Assembly (NCBI RefSeq): GCF_009914755.1
Contig: NC_060935.1
Origin: the human T2T-CHM13v2.0 reference genome, Homo sapiens
Length of the DNA stretch: 64,000 nt
Direction: 5' to 3' (one strand)
Positions within the stretch are counted from its first letter, which is position 1; each line of letters opens with the position of its first letter. Below are positions 49,946 to 62,713 of this stretch, piece after piece. A model generated the notes under the pieces. That model saw nothing but the letters and a program-made list of their open reading frames with translations. It was not told where the DNA came from and made no database searches. Position numbers and translations under genes: made by a program.

Positions 49946-51899
49946 TAAACTTAAATATTTTGTTCGTCTTTAAAGAAGTAAGAAAAAGCATGAAATATAA
50001 ATTACTTCAGGGAACAAAAAGCTTTTGAAAAGTGTTCAGAACAGCTTTTGCTTATTCTGTAATTAAATGTTCCAAATGATGCATTTTCTTACTGTGTCTA
50101 ATCTGCCTGGAATGTCCTCTCCGGTCTTTTAAGTGGTTTATTCTCCTCATCTAAAAACTAAATCAGACGTTACCTTCACTTTGAAGAGTTTCCTTATTCA
50201 CGTAATTAATACATCATTACTGTTAATATATTTCTGGCCTCGTTTTAATTTTGAAGTAATATCTGAGATATTGATTCTCCTTTATTGCAATTATTGCACT
50301 GATCTTTGAGCTTTGTGACTGAAGCTAACAGAATTGCTTTAATAGATACAAATGCCTGGTACCCTTTTTATGGTCTGTTAGGAAATTGGACTCCATAGTT
50401 GTGTTCATTATGTTTTCTTCAAATTGACTATCCACAAAAAGCCAAGAGCTTCTTGAAGTCTTCACTTTAAACTATATTGCATGGATGGTAAACTCAGCAA
50501 TTTCATAAACATTAACACCCAGCTAAGTCCATACAGAGGCACAAAATATCCAATATTTGCTATCTATGCTCTGTTAGTGTAAGCATCTCAAAAGCTGAAA
50601 ATTTGAGACTAATACTTTTCAACTGAAATATTGTGTTATATGCAGAGGAGTTTCATTAAGCATGTTAGGGCTACATCAAATAAAATAGCTGAACATTCTA
50701 GACATTGTAAATACTTATTTGAAGTCTCTATTTTCACTTCTAAATTTAGAACTGAATAGATACTTTCACAGTGTTATTTGAGGAATGTCCCCTTTTTCTC
50801 TATCTTTTTTTTTTTAAATAAGGATTTTTAAAAATTAATGAAAGAAAAATCTGAATTAACAGAAAGGGATAGTCTGTATGGTTAGGGTGTCAGATGTATA
50901 TATGAATTTTCTAACAGCCAGGGAAAAAAGAAAAATAGTACATTGCCTGGTATTTTTAAGAGAAACTGAAATCATACTAGCTCCTTAGGAAAATGTAATA
51001 TTTACTATTGAGATATTTTTCAAAATATAATTCATATTAAAATATAATGTGGTATCATTCCCTCTTTTGCAAGCATAATGAAAAATACTAAAGAAATTAA
51101 GTTTGTGATTTATAGATTAAGAAATTAGAAATGAAGTATTAAAAAACTTCCTCCAACTATAAACTGTGGTTTACTCAGAGGATGGGAGCTGTGGAAAATT
51201 TTATTTTGTTCTATTTAATAAATTAAAATTAGAAAATATTATTGCATTTTAAATGGAATGGTAGCTGAGGTTACAATTTTTAAAGTATAACCATAGAAGA
51301 AAGTGTGCCATTTTTATTCTTAAGTGTATTTCCCTGACTTAAAAAATTATTGAATTTAGTTCTTCCTGGCAATTCAATAAGCATTATGAAAAACAGAATT
51401 AAAGTGAATAATTCCTCTTTGAGTCTATAATTAGAAATGCAGATAATTATAGAAGATTCGTTTTGCAGTAACTGTTATTTGATGGTCTTTTTTCACTGTT
51501 AACCTGACTCATGTGGGAAAAGAAGAGTAGGTATAATAAAAAAGTACAATGTCTTGCCTTAAGCCTGGTATTCAAGAGCATCTGTTCATCATTAAATGTT
51601 TTTTATTCATTTATTCATTCAACAGGGATTTATGATATATGATTATCTGATAGACACTCAATCAGATGCCAAGTTTAAAAAAGAATAATAACTCACAGTT
51701 TCTATCCTTCAAGGAGCTCATAGTTTATTGAAAAATATCTGTATACTCACAAATTAAAATGATCTATTGGTGTTAGAAATGTGATCAGAGCCTGAATGCA
51801 GAATAGATGATGCATTCTACTTCCAGCTCCCCATTCCTTGCTGATATTTTTAACTTCCCTTTCAAATGATTCTAGACATTTCCCAAATAAATCAATACT

Positions 51900-52398
51900 T
51901 TAATTTTTTATATTACTTTAAATTTATTTTTGACACGTAATAACCATACATATTTGTGAGGTACAGTGATGTTTTGATACATATATATGCAATGTGTAAT
52001 AATCAAATTAGTGTAATTAGCATTAAAAGAATGAAATACTGTCATTTGCTATGACATGGATGAGATTGGAGGAAATTAAGTAAAATAAACCAGGCACAGA
52101 ATGACAAATACTGCATAATTTCACTTATATGTGAATATCTAAAAAATTTGATCTCATACAAGTAGAGAACAGGATAGTAGTTACTAGAGGCTGGGAAGAG
52201 TAGGGAGTAGGGAGGCGAGGAGGAGACATTTGTCAGTTAGTACAAAGTTACAGTTACATAGGGGAAATAAGTTGTAGTGTTCACTTGCACAGTAAGATGT
52301 CTAGAGTTAACAATAATACATTGTATATTTCAAAACAAGTAAAAGAAAGAATTGTAATGTTCTTACCACAGAGAAATCATAAGTGTCCGAGGTGATGA
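51900..52398 (-). mobile_element. Short L1MA 3'UTR insertion with 5' inversion
   Basis: 51900-52023 is the terminal ~110 nt plus tail (antisense on +). 52024-52398 is the adjacent upstream 3'UTR in opposite orientation. TSD aaatcaat(a/g)ct at 51889-51899 and 52399-52409. Confidence 0.85.
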
Positions 52399-52913
52399 AA
52401 ATCAATGCTGGTGTTCCTGCTCTTGTTTTCAATTGGCATGCTTTTCCACTCTTTCTTGTCAAATCCCATAGCATTCTTCTTTACATTCTTTAATTCCAAT
52501 GCCAATTTCTTCATGAAAGCATCTCTAGATACTATTTTTTTTCATTCAAACCAGCATTTTTCTACCTTTCTAATTCCAAATAGCATCTCCTGCTTCTAAG
52601 TTGCCACTGCACCTTGTCTGTATGACATTTGGGGCTCTTATCACCTTATACTGTATTTGGGTTTTAAGTACAATTTTCCTTGCTACTATATGAAATTAAA
52701 CACCATACTTGGTAAATTTTAGGAGCCTAATAATTGCATGTAGGATAAATAACTCTGGAAAACCAAGAAGTTAAGATATCTGTCCTTAGATAATTTGTTT
52801 TTACTAATATTAAATATGTTGTGACATAAGGAGTGGTAAACCCCAATTATAAAAAATGAAGTGATTAATTAAACTAGTATCAAATCCAACAACCTAAACT
52901 TCCTATAAGAAAC

Positions 52914-52982
52914 CGAGGTAGGAGATCAATAGGACTTGTTTTCTGAGCTTGGTCACGACCCTGCTGATGAGAACGGTATATG

Positions 52983-53017
<35 letters not shown>

Positions 53018-53388
53018 GGCCCAAACCAGCTTGGACTAGGAATTATAATGCATTTGCTTAAGACCCTCCCACCAGCACCATGGCAGTTTACAAATGCCAT
53101 GACAAACAACCCGAAAGTTGCCTTCTATGGTTTCAACAATTCCTGCTCCTTTTCCAAAGTTCATGAATAACCTGCCCCTTAATTAACATGTAAGGAGTAG
53201 TCCATATAAATCCGCTAGTGCTGCTCTATAGGATGGGCCTGTTCGGTCTACAGAGCAACCATTGTGCTGTACAAAGTTGCTCCAACAAAATTGCTTTCTT
53301 GCACTGTCTGCTTTTTCTTGAATTCTTTCCTGAGTGAAGCCAAGAACCCTTTTGGGATGAGCCCCATTTTTAGGATTCACCTGCATCA
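52914..53388 (+). mobile_element. MER66-like solo LTR (ERV1)
   Basis: (t>c)gaggtaggagatcaataggacttgttttctgagc ... cacctgcatca; flanks aaac / aagc; internal A31 run. Confidence 0.78.
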
Positions 53389-54666
53389 AAGCTAAGAATT
53401 TCTTTATACATTGTTAGAGTATGCAGAAAATAATTAATACTATTTAAGCAGAATTTAGAAGTAAAGCATTTGCTTTCTTCTAAGAAAACTTCCATGTATT
53501 AGATTACTAATAGAAAGAATGCATTGTACATGCTATTATATGGATGGAGACCAATGTGATGTCAAAGATAACAAGATGTTTTTGGCAATTAAACATCTGT
53601 AGAGATCTTTCCTCATCTGTGGCTCTAAAAATTTATTAGCCTATGTCTCCTTTACACAGATGGTTTTTGAAAAGCAAAGAACATTAATTAATAGTGAAAT
53701 GACAATCTTTAATGCTACAGGAAATTTTCTGGCATAAATACAGATTACTGTCAGAAGAATGTATAAAACTATCTTCAGCAATTAAAATGTATTTATTAGC
53801 TTTGGTGATCTTGGTGCACATACTTATTAAGATATGTGTTAATTAAGATTGCAGCAAATTGAATTATAATATTTTGGAGCAACACTAAATCTGCGTAGTA
53901 TCTTTTCTGGTATCAGGTTTATAATTTCCAGTATTTGACATATTTTTATATGTTTTCTTTTTAGAAATATAATAAATGTGAGTTATTGGTACTTTCAATT
54001 CATTTTACGGGAAATATAAGGCATACATCGAAAATATGTTAGTTCTATTGATCCACACAATAATCCAGGTGGCATATAGAATTCCACCTATTTTTGACTT
54101 GAAGAAATTGAGGCTCTGAGCTTAATTGATGAAAGAAGTTTATCTACCCAACAAGCCACAAATCTTGGATTTACACCTTATCCTTTACACCCCAAGTATT
54201 GTATTGATTTTGCTGTGTCAGAGCTTTTACATTCTATATGACATTAGTTTAGGCTGGTATATATGTGTTTATAATATATATATATATATTCCTAACATTA
54301 CTACTATTGCATCACTATCTGTAATCTATGTATATATCCATCGACTATCTACCTATCATCTATTTATCTTATTTATCCATCCATCATACACATTCATATC
54401 ATTCTATGTAGGCACTACTAAGCCTAAATATTGCACTTTTTTCTGAGAGAAAAGTTCCCCTTATAGATGACTTCCAGACTGGAGGCATCATATATCCTAT
54501 TATTGTGACAGAACCCAATATTATGACAAGTGATTACCATCTAACATCTGATCTTCTGATTTCAAAGTAGAAACTCACAGGAAACCTATGGTATGAGAAG
54601 AAAAGATTATGCATATTCAAAGTAAAAGTACTACTGACTAAGAACTGAATGACCTGAGTTTTAAAA

Positions 54667-54923
<257 letters not shown>

Positions 54924-55416
54924 TTCATCCTCATTCTCTCTCTCTCTCTTCTCTTTCTCTTTCTCTTTCTCTCTCTGTCTCTTACTCTCTCACTCTCATC
55001 ATGAAATCCATTTATCCTGTCTGTCATCTTGACTTTAATATTTTAGTCATTTACTACTCTAAATAAGTAATAATTAGACATGGTATTTAAATTACTGATT
55101 AGACTTTTTAAAATATTTCTTCATCCAAGCTCTTCAGAGGATAAAGCATATGGATAGGGCATTAAAAATTTGAAAATGCAAGGTGAATGGCTGTTAAAAG
55201 TATCAATAAGTTATTGTTAACGGATAATCAATTAGGTACCTATCTACACTTTTTTCAATTTTCTTGTCCTTCTAGGGCATTCTTCGGTAGGCCAAAGACT
55301 ATGACTGTTTTAAGAAGTAAAAATGACAAATCTGTGCCACGGAAGACTTATGTACTAAATGCCCACAATGGAAGATGCAATACCCTCATTATAAGGTTCC
55401 ATTCCCATCATTATCA

Positions 55417-55888
55417 TCCTTGGCTGTTTGGGCTCTGTTTTGGTTCCATGTTAATTTTAAAATAGTTTTCTCTAATTCTGTGGAGGATGTCATTGGCACT
55501 TTGGCAGGAATAGCACTGAATTTGTAAATTGCTTTGGGTAATATGGCCATTTTAGCAATACTGATTATTCCTATCCACGAGCATGGAATGATTTCCATTT
55601 GTTTGTGTCATCTCTGCTTTCTTCGAGCAGTGCTTTTTAATTCTCATTCTAGAGATCTTTCACCTCCCTGGATAGCTGTATTTCTAGGTATTTTATTCTT
55701 TTTGTGGCAGTTGTGAATGGGATTGCATTCTTGATTTGGCTCTCAGCTTGGATGTTGTTGTTGTATAGGAATGCTACTGTTTTTTGCACATTGATTTTCT
55801 ATTCTAAAACTTTGCTGTAGTTGTTTATCAGATTAAAGAGACTTTTGGAAGAGACTGGGATTTTCTAGATATAGAATCATATTGTTTA
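55417..55888 (-). mobile_element. Internal L1 ORF2 fragment (old L1PA/L1PB), truncated at both ends
   Basis: ORF 55389..55598 contains IPCSWIG...[16 protein letters not shown]; no 3'UTR or poly(A). Confidence 0.85.
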
Positions 55889-57267
55889 TGTGTGTGTGCA
55901 GTTTTGGTCTGTTTTGTTATTTATTATTTCATATAGAATACAAAATTGTAACCAATACCCTATCACTGCTAGAAAAATTCTAGATGCGTACCAATAAATC
56001 TGCAATAGAACAAAGAAAAGTGAAAGTTAATTGTTCAAAATATGAAATTAGTCTGAATTTTTTCTTTTTCTTTCTGCTCTGACGGTGTTATTCATATAAT
56101 GAATATTTTTAATATAAAACTATCAGTAGAAACATACATAATACGCTATAGTAGATCTCCACTTTCTATAGCCTGTGTATTATGAGATTGAACTAGGCTC
56201 TGAGGAGATAATTAAATGCTAAGAGCATTTCATGTCATCAGTAAATAATTTTTGAGCAGTTACTCATTGGCCTAGGCACATTAGAAATTATAAGTTAATA
56301 ATGATATGTTTTCCTTAACAGAAGTCAGCTGCATTAGAAATAGCAGACTCAATTATTTAAAAGCCATTATGCAGTTCCTTTGCAAATATTTATGATTAAT
56401 CTACTCTTGCAGTATTTTGCTTTAAAATCAGAATACACAGAAATATACCAACTTTCTAGACTTTAACATAGTCTCTCAAAAAACTTGATTTTCAAATCCA
56501 TACATTGAATAGTAAGTTATTAATTTATTGGTTTTGTATATAAACCAGTCTACCATAGTTCCTGTCATTGGCTGCTGTTTAAGGCAATATCTGGAGGTTT
56601 TTTTAAACATATAATTTATGTAGTCTGATTTTTTTGTACAGTAATATGCTATTTCAGCAAGTTTAGTTACAAATCTTAGAAAATATTAAAAGCAAATAAA
56701 GCAAGGTAATTATGTTATCAATAATGATAAAAAACTGTGATGTCCAGAAAGATCACATTTATTTTCTTGTAACACCCTTGCAAACATAGCATATTGTTAC
56801 TTTATACTCAGTCTGTAATAAAGAGAATCATTCACTGATTATTTGTTTTTTAACTTGTTACCATAAAATATCATATGAGTTTAGTATATTACTGGCATAA
56901 CATTTGACTCTATTTTATGTTTCGTCATGCTATGCCATTTTTAAAATAATATATCTGCCATGAAAAAAATGTCAAATAGTATAAAGCTATAAAATGAAAT
57001 AAAAATCTTAACCCTTGACCTCAAGCTCTACATAGTACCTCCTTTTATAAACTTATTATTAATAATCAAAGCATTATACACCTTGCCATTTCTACCCATA
57101 TAGCAGTATATCATAGACATCCATTTCTACTAGCACAAATAGGTCTAAGTTATTCTTTTTGGCTGCTTCATATTATTTCATTGTATTAATATACATTATT
57201 GAACCAGTTTTATAACTAAGGAAAATTGTAATTAATACATTTTACCTACAATTTGACACATTTATCC

Positions 57268-57705
57268 TGTATTGGTCTGTTTTGCATTGCTGTGAAGAAA
57301 TACCTGAGGCTGGGTAATTTATAAAGAAAAGAAGTTCACTTTGGCTTATGGTTCTGCAGACTGCACAAGAAGCAAGGTGACAGCATCTGCTTCTGATGAG
57401 GGCTCAGGAAGCTTACAGTCATGGCAGAAGGCAAAGGGGGAGCTAGCATGTCACATAATGAGAGAAGAAGCAAGAGAAGGAGACAGCATGAGTGAGGTGA
57501 ATAGGTGCCCAGGCTCTTTAAACAATCAGCTCTCAAGCGAAGTAATAGAATGAGAACTCACTAATTTCCACCGTGAGCGTACCAAGCCATTCATGAGGTA
57601 TTCACCCCCTGACCCAGACACTTCCCACTAGGCCCTTCCTTTAACACTGGGGTAATCACATTTCAACATGAGATTTGGAGGGGGACAAATAGCCAAAGTA
57701 TATCA
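57268..57705 (-). mobile_element. MSTB-type MaLR solo LTR
   Basis: tgtattggtctgttttgcattgct...ggggacaaatagccaaagtatatca; 5-bp TSD tatcc / tatct; lies within old L1ME-like sequence. Confidence 0.88.
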
Positions 57706-59001
57706 TATCTATAGAATGAGCTCTTAGAAATGGACTTGATAGGTTGAGTTTATGTGTGTTATCAAATTAGATATATTTACATGTACTCTAAAAGATAACA
57801 ATATTTTGCTGAATGTAGTTTACCAACCTTTCATTGACACAAGAATATCCATCTTCTAATTTATTTTTAAAGTTTATTTAAAATTTATATTTATTTTATT
57901 TATTTGCCATAATGTATATGATTGTATACCATGAATCATATATGTTGTATATTATAAATTCATTATTGATTTAGTCAGTATTGTTCAATTTTAGCCAAAG
58001 ATCCCATAAACAAGTTTTCCTTCACTATAAAGTCTCATGTAGGAAAATTGTATCAGTACTTTGATGTTTTCCTAGTGATCTTATAAACACTGCACATGAC
58101 TTCCTTAATAAAAAGCCTACAAGAACTATACTATATTTGTAGTGTCTCTAAAATTTCTTGGCAAGAAATCAGTAGTGCACACTTTAATAAGATCCTCAGC
58201 CAAGTCAAGGGAATGTTTACAATATGGGCAAATCATACATGCTTTCTAATATAAAATAAAATTACACATATAAATAATTTGGAAACATTTAAATAATGTT
58301 ACATAAGGGAGAATGTAGATTTGTTTTGGGCATGAAGAGGCTTCTCAAGGATTATTTTATCAAGCAAGGAAATTTTATTTTAAAGTTCAACAATTGAAGA
58401 CTGGTCCAGGCAAGGAGAAATAGAACTGAATTTAAATCCCTGCCTCACTTCCTCCTACCCCCAGCTAGCCTGGAGAGATAGAGTAGGCTTTCAGTGACTT
58501 CCTATCTAATATAGTATAAGCCTTGATATTTATCTGTCTGTGAAAGAAAGAGGCCTTTTACTTTGAACATTCATGTAATGACTGAGATGAATTTCATGTC
58601 TCCGTGGTATTCCTCTATCTCCATTGTGACTGTTACAATCTATTAAAGATTGTCTTTGAGTAATGCCATCTGTGTTAACCATTTCACTCATTTTTTAGAT
58701 CACTTGTTTAAAATTAAACTTTTAATTTTGAGATAATTATAATTTAAATGCAGTTTTAAGAAATATTCAAAGAGATCTCCTCAGTCGCTTCTAAGGTGAC
58801 ATTTTACAAAAGGATAATACAATGTTGCAATCAGGATATTGACTCAAATACATTCAAGATCCAGAATATGTCTGTCACTACAAGGATCCTTCATGTTGTA
58901 CTTCTAAAGCCACACCTGCTTCCCTCCCACTCTACTCCTACCCCTTCCTTAATCCCTAGTAACCATTAATTGTTTGGCCATCTCTATAATTTAGTAATTT
59001 T

Positions 59002-59104
59002 ACACCTGTAATCTCAGCACTTTGGGAGGCTGAGGTGGAAAGATTCGTTGAAGCCAGGAGTTCGAAATCAGCCTGGGCAACAAAGTGAGACTCTTTCTCT
59101 AAAA
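59002..59104 (+). mobile_element. FLAM / AluJ left-monomer fragment
   Basis: acacctgtaatctcagcactttgggaggctgagg...gcctgggcaacaaagtgagactc. Confidence 0.85.
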
Positions 59105-59650
59105 TGAATAACATTCAGCATAATTTTCTGGATATTTATTCGGGTTGTTTCATTATCTATAGTAGATTCTTTTTATTGCTGAGTAGTGCTCCATGGTATG
59201 AATGTGTCACAGTTTGTTTAATTATTCAGCTATTGAGAGATAACTGTATTATTTCCAGTTGGGGCTATTGCCAATAAAATTGCTGTATATATATGTATAT
59301 GTTTATAAGGTTTGTGTGAATATAAGTTTTCATTTTTCTGGAATAAATGTCCAGGTGTGAACATTATCTATTTGTATGGTAGTTACATGCTCTATTTTTA
59401 AGAAATTGCCAAACTTTTCCATAGTGGCTATACCATTTTACCTTCTCACCAACAACGCATGATTGCTCTAGTTCCTATACGTCTTCACCTGCAGTTGGTG
59501 TTGTCACTATTTTCATTTTAGCCACTCTGATGAGTGTGTAGTGATCTCTTTGTGGTTTTAATTTTTATTTTCCTAATGGCTGATTTTGAACTTCTTTTCA
59601 TGTGCTTTCTTGCCATCTCCATATATATCTTTTGGTGAAATGTGTGTTTG

Positions 59651-59965
59651 AAAGCAAACAAAAGCACAATCCATGAAAGGAAAAATCGATAAACTGGACT
59701 TCATCAAACTGGACTGGATTAAGAATGAGAGAAAGCATTATTTTTGCATGTGTCTGTGAGGTTGTTTTCAGAGGTGATTATTGTGTGAACCAATGTGGAC
59801 TAGATGGGGAAGATCATCCCTCAATGTTGTCCTCCACATCCAATCAGTCAGGGTTGTCTCCTAGAGAGAACATATACGGAAGGCAAACTGACTGTCTTTG
59901 AGAGCTGAGCCATTCTGCTATTGCCTTGGACATCAGAAATTTAACTCCACGAAAGTGCAGTCTCC
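59651..59965. repeat. Compound insertion: inverted copy of ~60120-60176 joined to a direct copy of ~63098-63360
   Basis: Alignment by eye; 27-bp exact inverted match aaaggaaaaatcgataaactggacttc; second part roughly 80% identical to the Ricksha interior. Confidence 0.8.
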
Positions 59966-60615
59966 AAATGGATTTTTTTTAAATGATGAGTTTCGGTGAT
60001 TCTTTATACAGTCTTTATATAAAACCTCTGCCAGATGCATCTATGGTTTGCATGTATCTTCTCCCAGTCTACAGCTTGTCTTTTCATCTTAACAGGGTCA
60101 TTGACAGAGTAAAGGTTTTTAATTTGACGAAGTCCAGTTTATCGATTTTTCCTTTTATGGGTTGGGCTTTTGTTGTCAAGCCCAGTAACTCTTAGTCTTG
60201 CCTTGGATCCAGAAGAGTTTTGTCTTTTTTTCTTCTGAGAGTTTTATTGTGTTACATTTAGGTCTATGAAATGTTTTGATTTAATTATTATATGTTGTAT
60301 ATGAGGATAAGGTTAGGGTTCTTTTTGGCCTATAGATGGTTGATTTCTTCAGTATCATTTGTTGAATAGGCTATCTTTCATCAATTGAATTGCTTTTCAC
60401 CTTTGTCAAAAATCACTTGAGCATATTTGCATGGATCTATTTCTGGGTTCTCTATTTCATTCTGTTACCTATGGGTTTGTAGCTCCATTTTATTACTGCA
60501 TCTATATAATGAGTCCTGAAATTAGGTAAATTAACTCTGCCTACTTTATTCTTCATTTAAAAATTGTTTCAGTTATTCTCATTCTTTGTCTTTTCATATA
60601 AATTTTAAGAGAATC

Positions 60616-60973
60616 TGTATTAGCCTATTCTCATGCCGCTAATAAAGACCTACCTGAGACTGGGTAATTTATAAAGGAAAGAAGTTTAATTGGTTCACAG
60701 TTCCACATGGCTGGGCAGGCCTCACAATCATGGTGGAAGAGGAGGGAAGAGGACAGGGATGTCTTACATGGTGGCAGGCAAGAGAGTGAGTGTGCAGAAG
60801 AGCTCTCCTTTATAAAACCATCAGATCTCATGAGACTTACTCATTACCATGAGAACAGTATGGGGAAAACCACCTCCATGATTCAATTATCTCCACCTGG
60901 CACTGCACTTGACACATGGGGATTATAACAATTCAAGGTGAGATTTGGGTGGGGACACAGCCAAAGCATATCA
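60616..60973 (-). mobile_element. THE1(D-like) MaLR solo LTR
   Basis: tgtattagcctattctcatgccgctaataaagac...ggggacacagccaaagcatatca; perfect 5-bp TSD GAATC. Confidence 0.92.
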
Positions 60974-62013
60974 GAATCTTGTCTAAATATATAAAACATT
61001 TTTCTGTTATTTTTATATGAATTAAACTTGTATATCACTTTGGGGAGAATTAACAACTTTACAATGTGTGTCTTCAAATCCATGAAAACAATGTGGCTTT
61101 TGATTTATTTAGCTTCATTTCTTTCATCAATGTTTTATAGTTTTTAGTATACAAGTCATGTACATGTTTTGTTAGATTTACAATTAAGATTTCATTTTTT
61201 GAACAATTATAAGTGACATTGTGCTTTTCACATTAGTGTTTATATTTATTACTCTTGTATTAGCCCTATGCTTAATTTTGTATACTTTTTTGTATCATGT
61301 AAATATGCTGAACTAATATTAATTCAATAAGTTTTGAGTTTGCTTTTTAGTTTTCTGGGAATTTTCTGTGTAGATTTCACATCATCATCATCAAATGGGG
61401 ACAGTTTTACTTCTCCCTTTGGTGTTTTTAAATTTCCTTTTATTGCTATTATATTGGCTAGAATAAGAGTCAATATATTGAATAAGAGTGATGAGAGAAG
61501 ACATCCTCATGTTGTTCTCAATCTTGGGGAAATACATTTAGCCTTTCACCATTAGGTATAAAGTTAGTGGTAGGATTGTCTTGCAGATGTTCTTTATCAA
61601 GTTTAGAAAGTTTCTCATCTACTTCTATTTATATGAGAGTTTTTATTATGAATGGGTGTTAAATTTTGTCAAATGCTCCTTCTATATCAGTTGATATGAT
61701 CATGTAATTTTTCTTCTTTAGTCTTCTAATATTGTGGATTACTTTGATATACAAATGTTGAACCAGACTTACATCACTATGTTTCACTCATTTATAATTC
61801 TACAAATAGTTATCACTTTTAACATAGCAAGATTACGGCTTTGCTTAAGTTTTCCTCTGTCTGTTTTATTCAAAAGGTACATAATTTTAGGAAACGAAAA
61901 CATGAAGTGCCTATTCAGAGTGTGATCTTCTTAAACTGGGTTGTTAAGTTTCTTATTGTTGTATTTTGTGTTAAAAAAAGTATTTATATATTCTGCATAT
62001 ACCCATATTTTTT

Positions 62014-62403
62014 AATGTGGGATAACATATATTATGTATTTCTTTTTTTATTATTATACTTTAAGTTATAGGGTACATGTGCACAACGTGCAGGTTTGTT
62101 ACATAGGTATACATGTGCCATGTTGGTTTGCTGCACCCATCAACTCGTCATTTACGTTAGGTATTTCTCCTAATGCTATCCCTCCCCCAGTCCCCCACCT
62201 GCTGACAGCCCCCAGTATGTGATGTTCCCCTTCCTGTGTCCAAGTGTTCTCATTGTTCAATTCCCACCTATGAGTGAGAACATACGGTGTTTGGTTTTCT
62301 GTCCTTGTGATAGTTTACTGAGAATGGTGGTTTCCAGCTTAATCCATCTCCCTGCAAAGGACATGAACTCATCCTTTTTTAATGCCTGCATAGTATTCTA
62401 TGG
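62014..62403 (-). mobile_element. Short L1PA6/7-type 3' end with probable ~28-bp 3' transduction
   Basis: L1 3'UTR 62042-62403; TSD gcata(t/c)acccat(a/g)tttttt at 61995-62013 and 62404-62422; extra non-L1 sequence 62014-62041. Confidence 0.85.
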
Positions 62404-62713
62404 GCATACACCCATGTTTTTTCTGGATATGTAATTTTCAAATAGTTTACTCCAGTCTGTGGTTTGCTATTTCATTCTTTTTGCAGTGTATTTTGCAAAA
62501 AAACCAAAAAGTTTTAATTTTTGAAAAGTCCAAATTAGTCAGTTTTTCCTTTCATGCATCTTGCTTTTCATGTTTTACAACTCATGAATATATATTATGT
62601 AAGCTTTATTTTGTAGAATGTGTAGATAACTCATATATGTATTTGTATTTTTATTCAAATCTCTGTATCTATATCTACATATATATCTATGTTTATCTAC
62701 CTGTGTCTATATT

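Larger units (their letters stand above)
58705..61775 (-). mobile_element. Old L1MC/L1MD-type element (antisense), interrupted several times
   Basis: Antisense 3'UTR from 58705 continuing into decayed ORF2 (ORF 60883..61083 IVKLLILPKVIYKFN). Confidence 0.8.
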
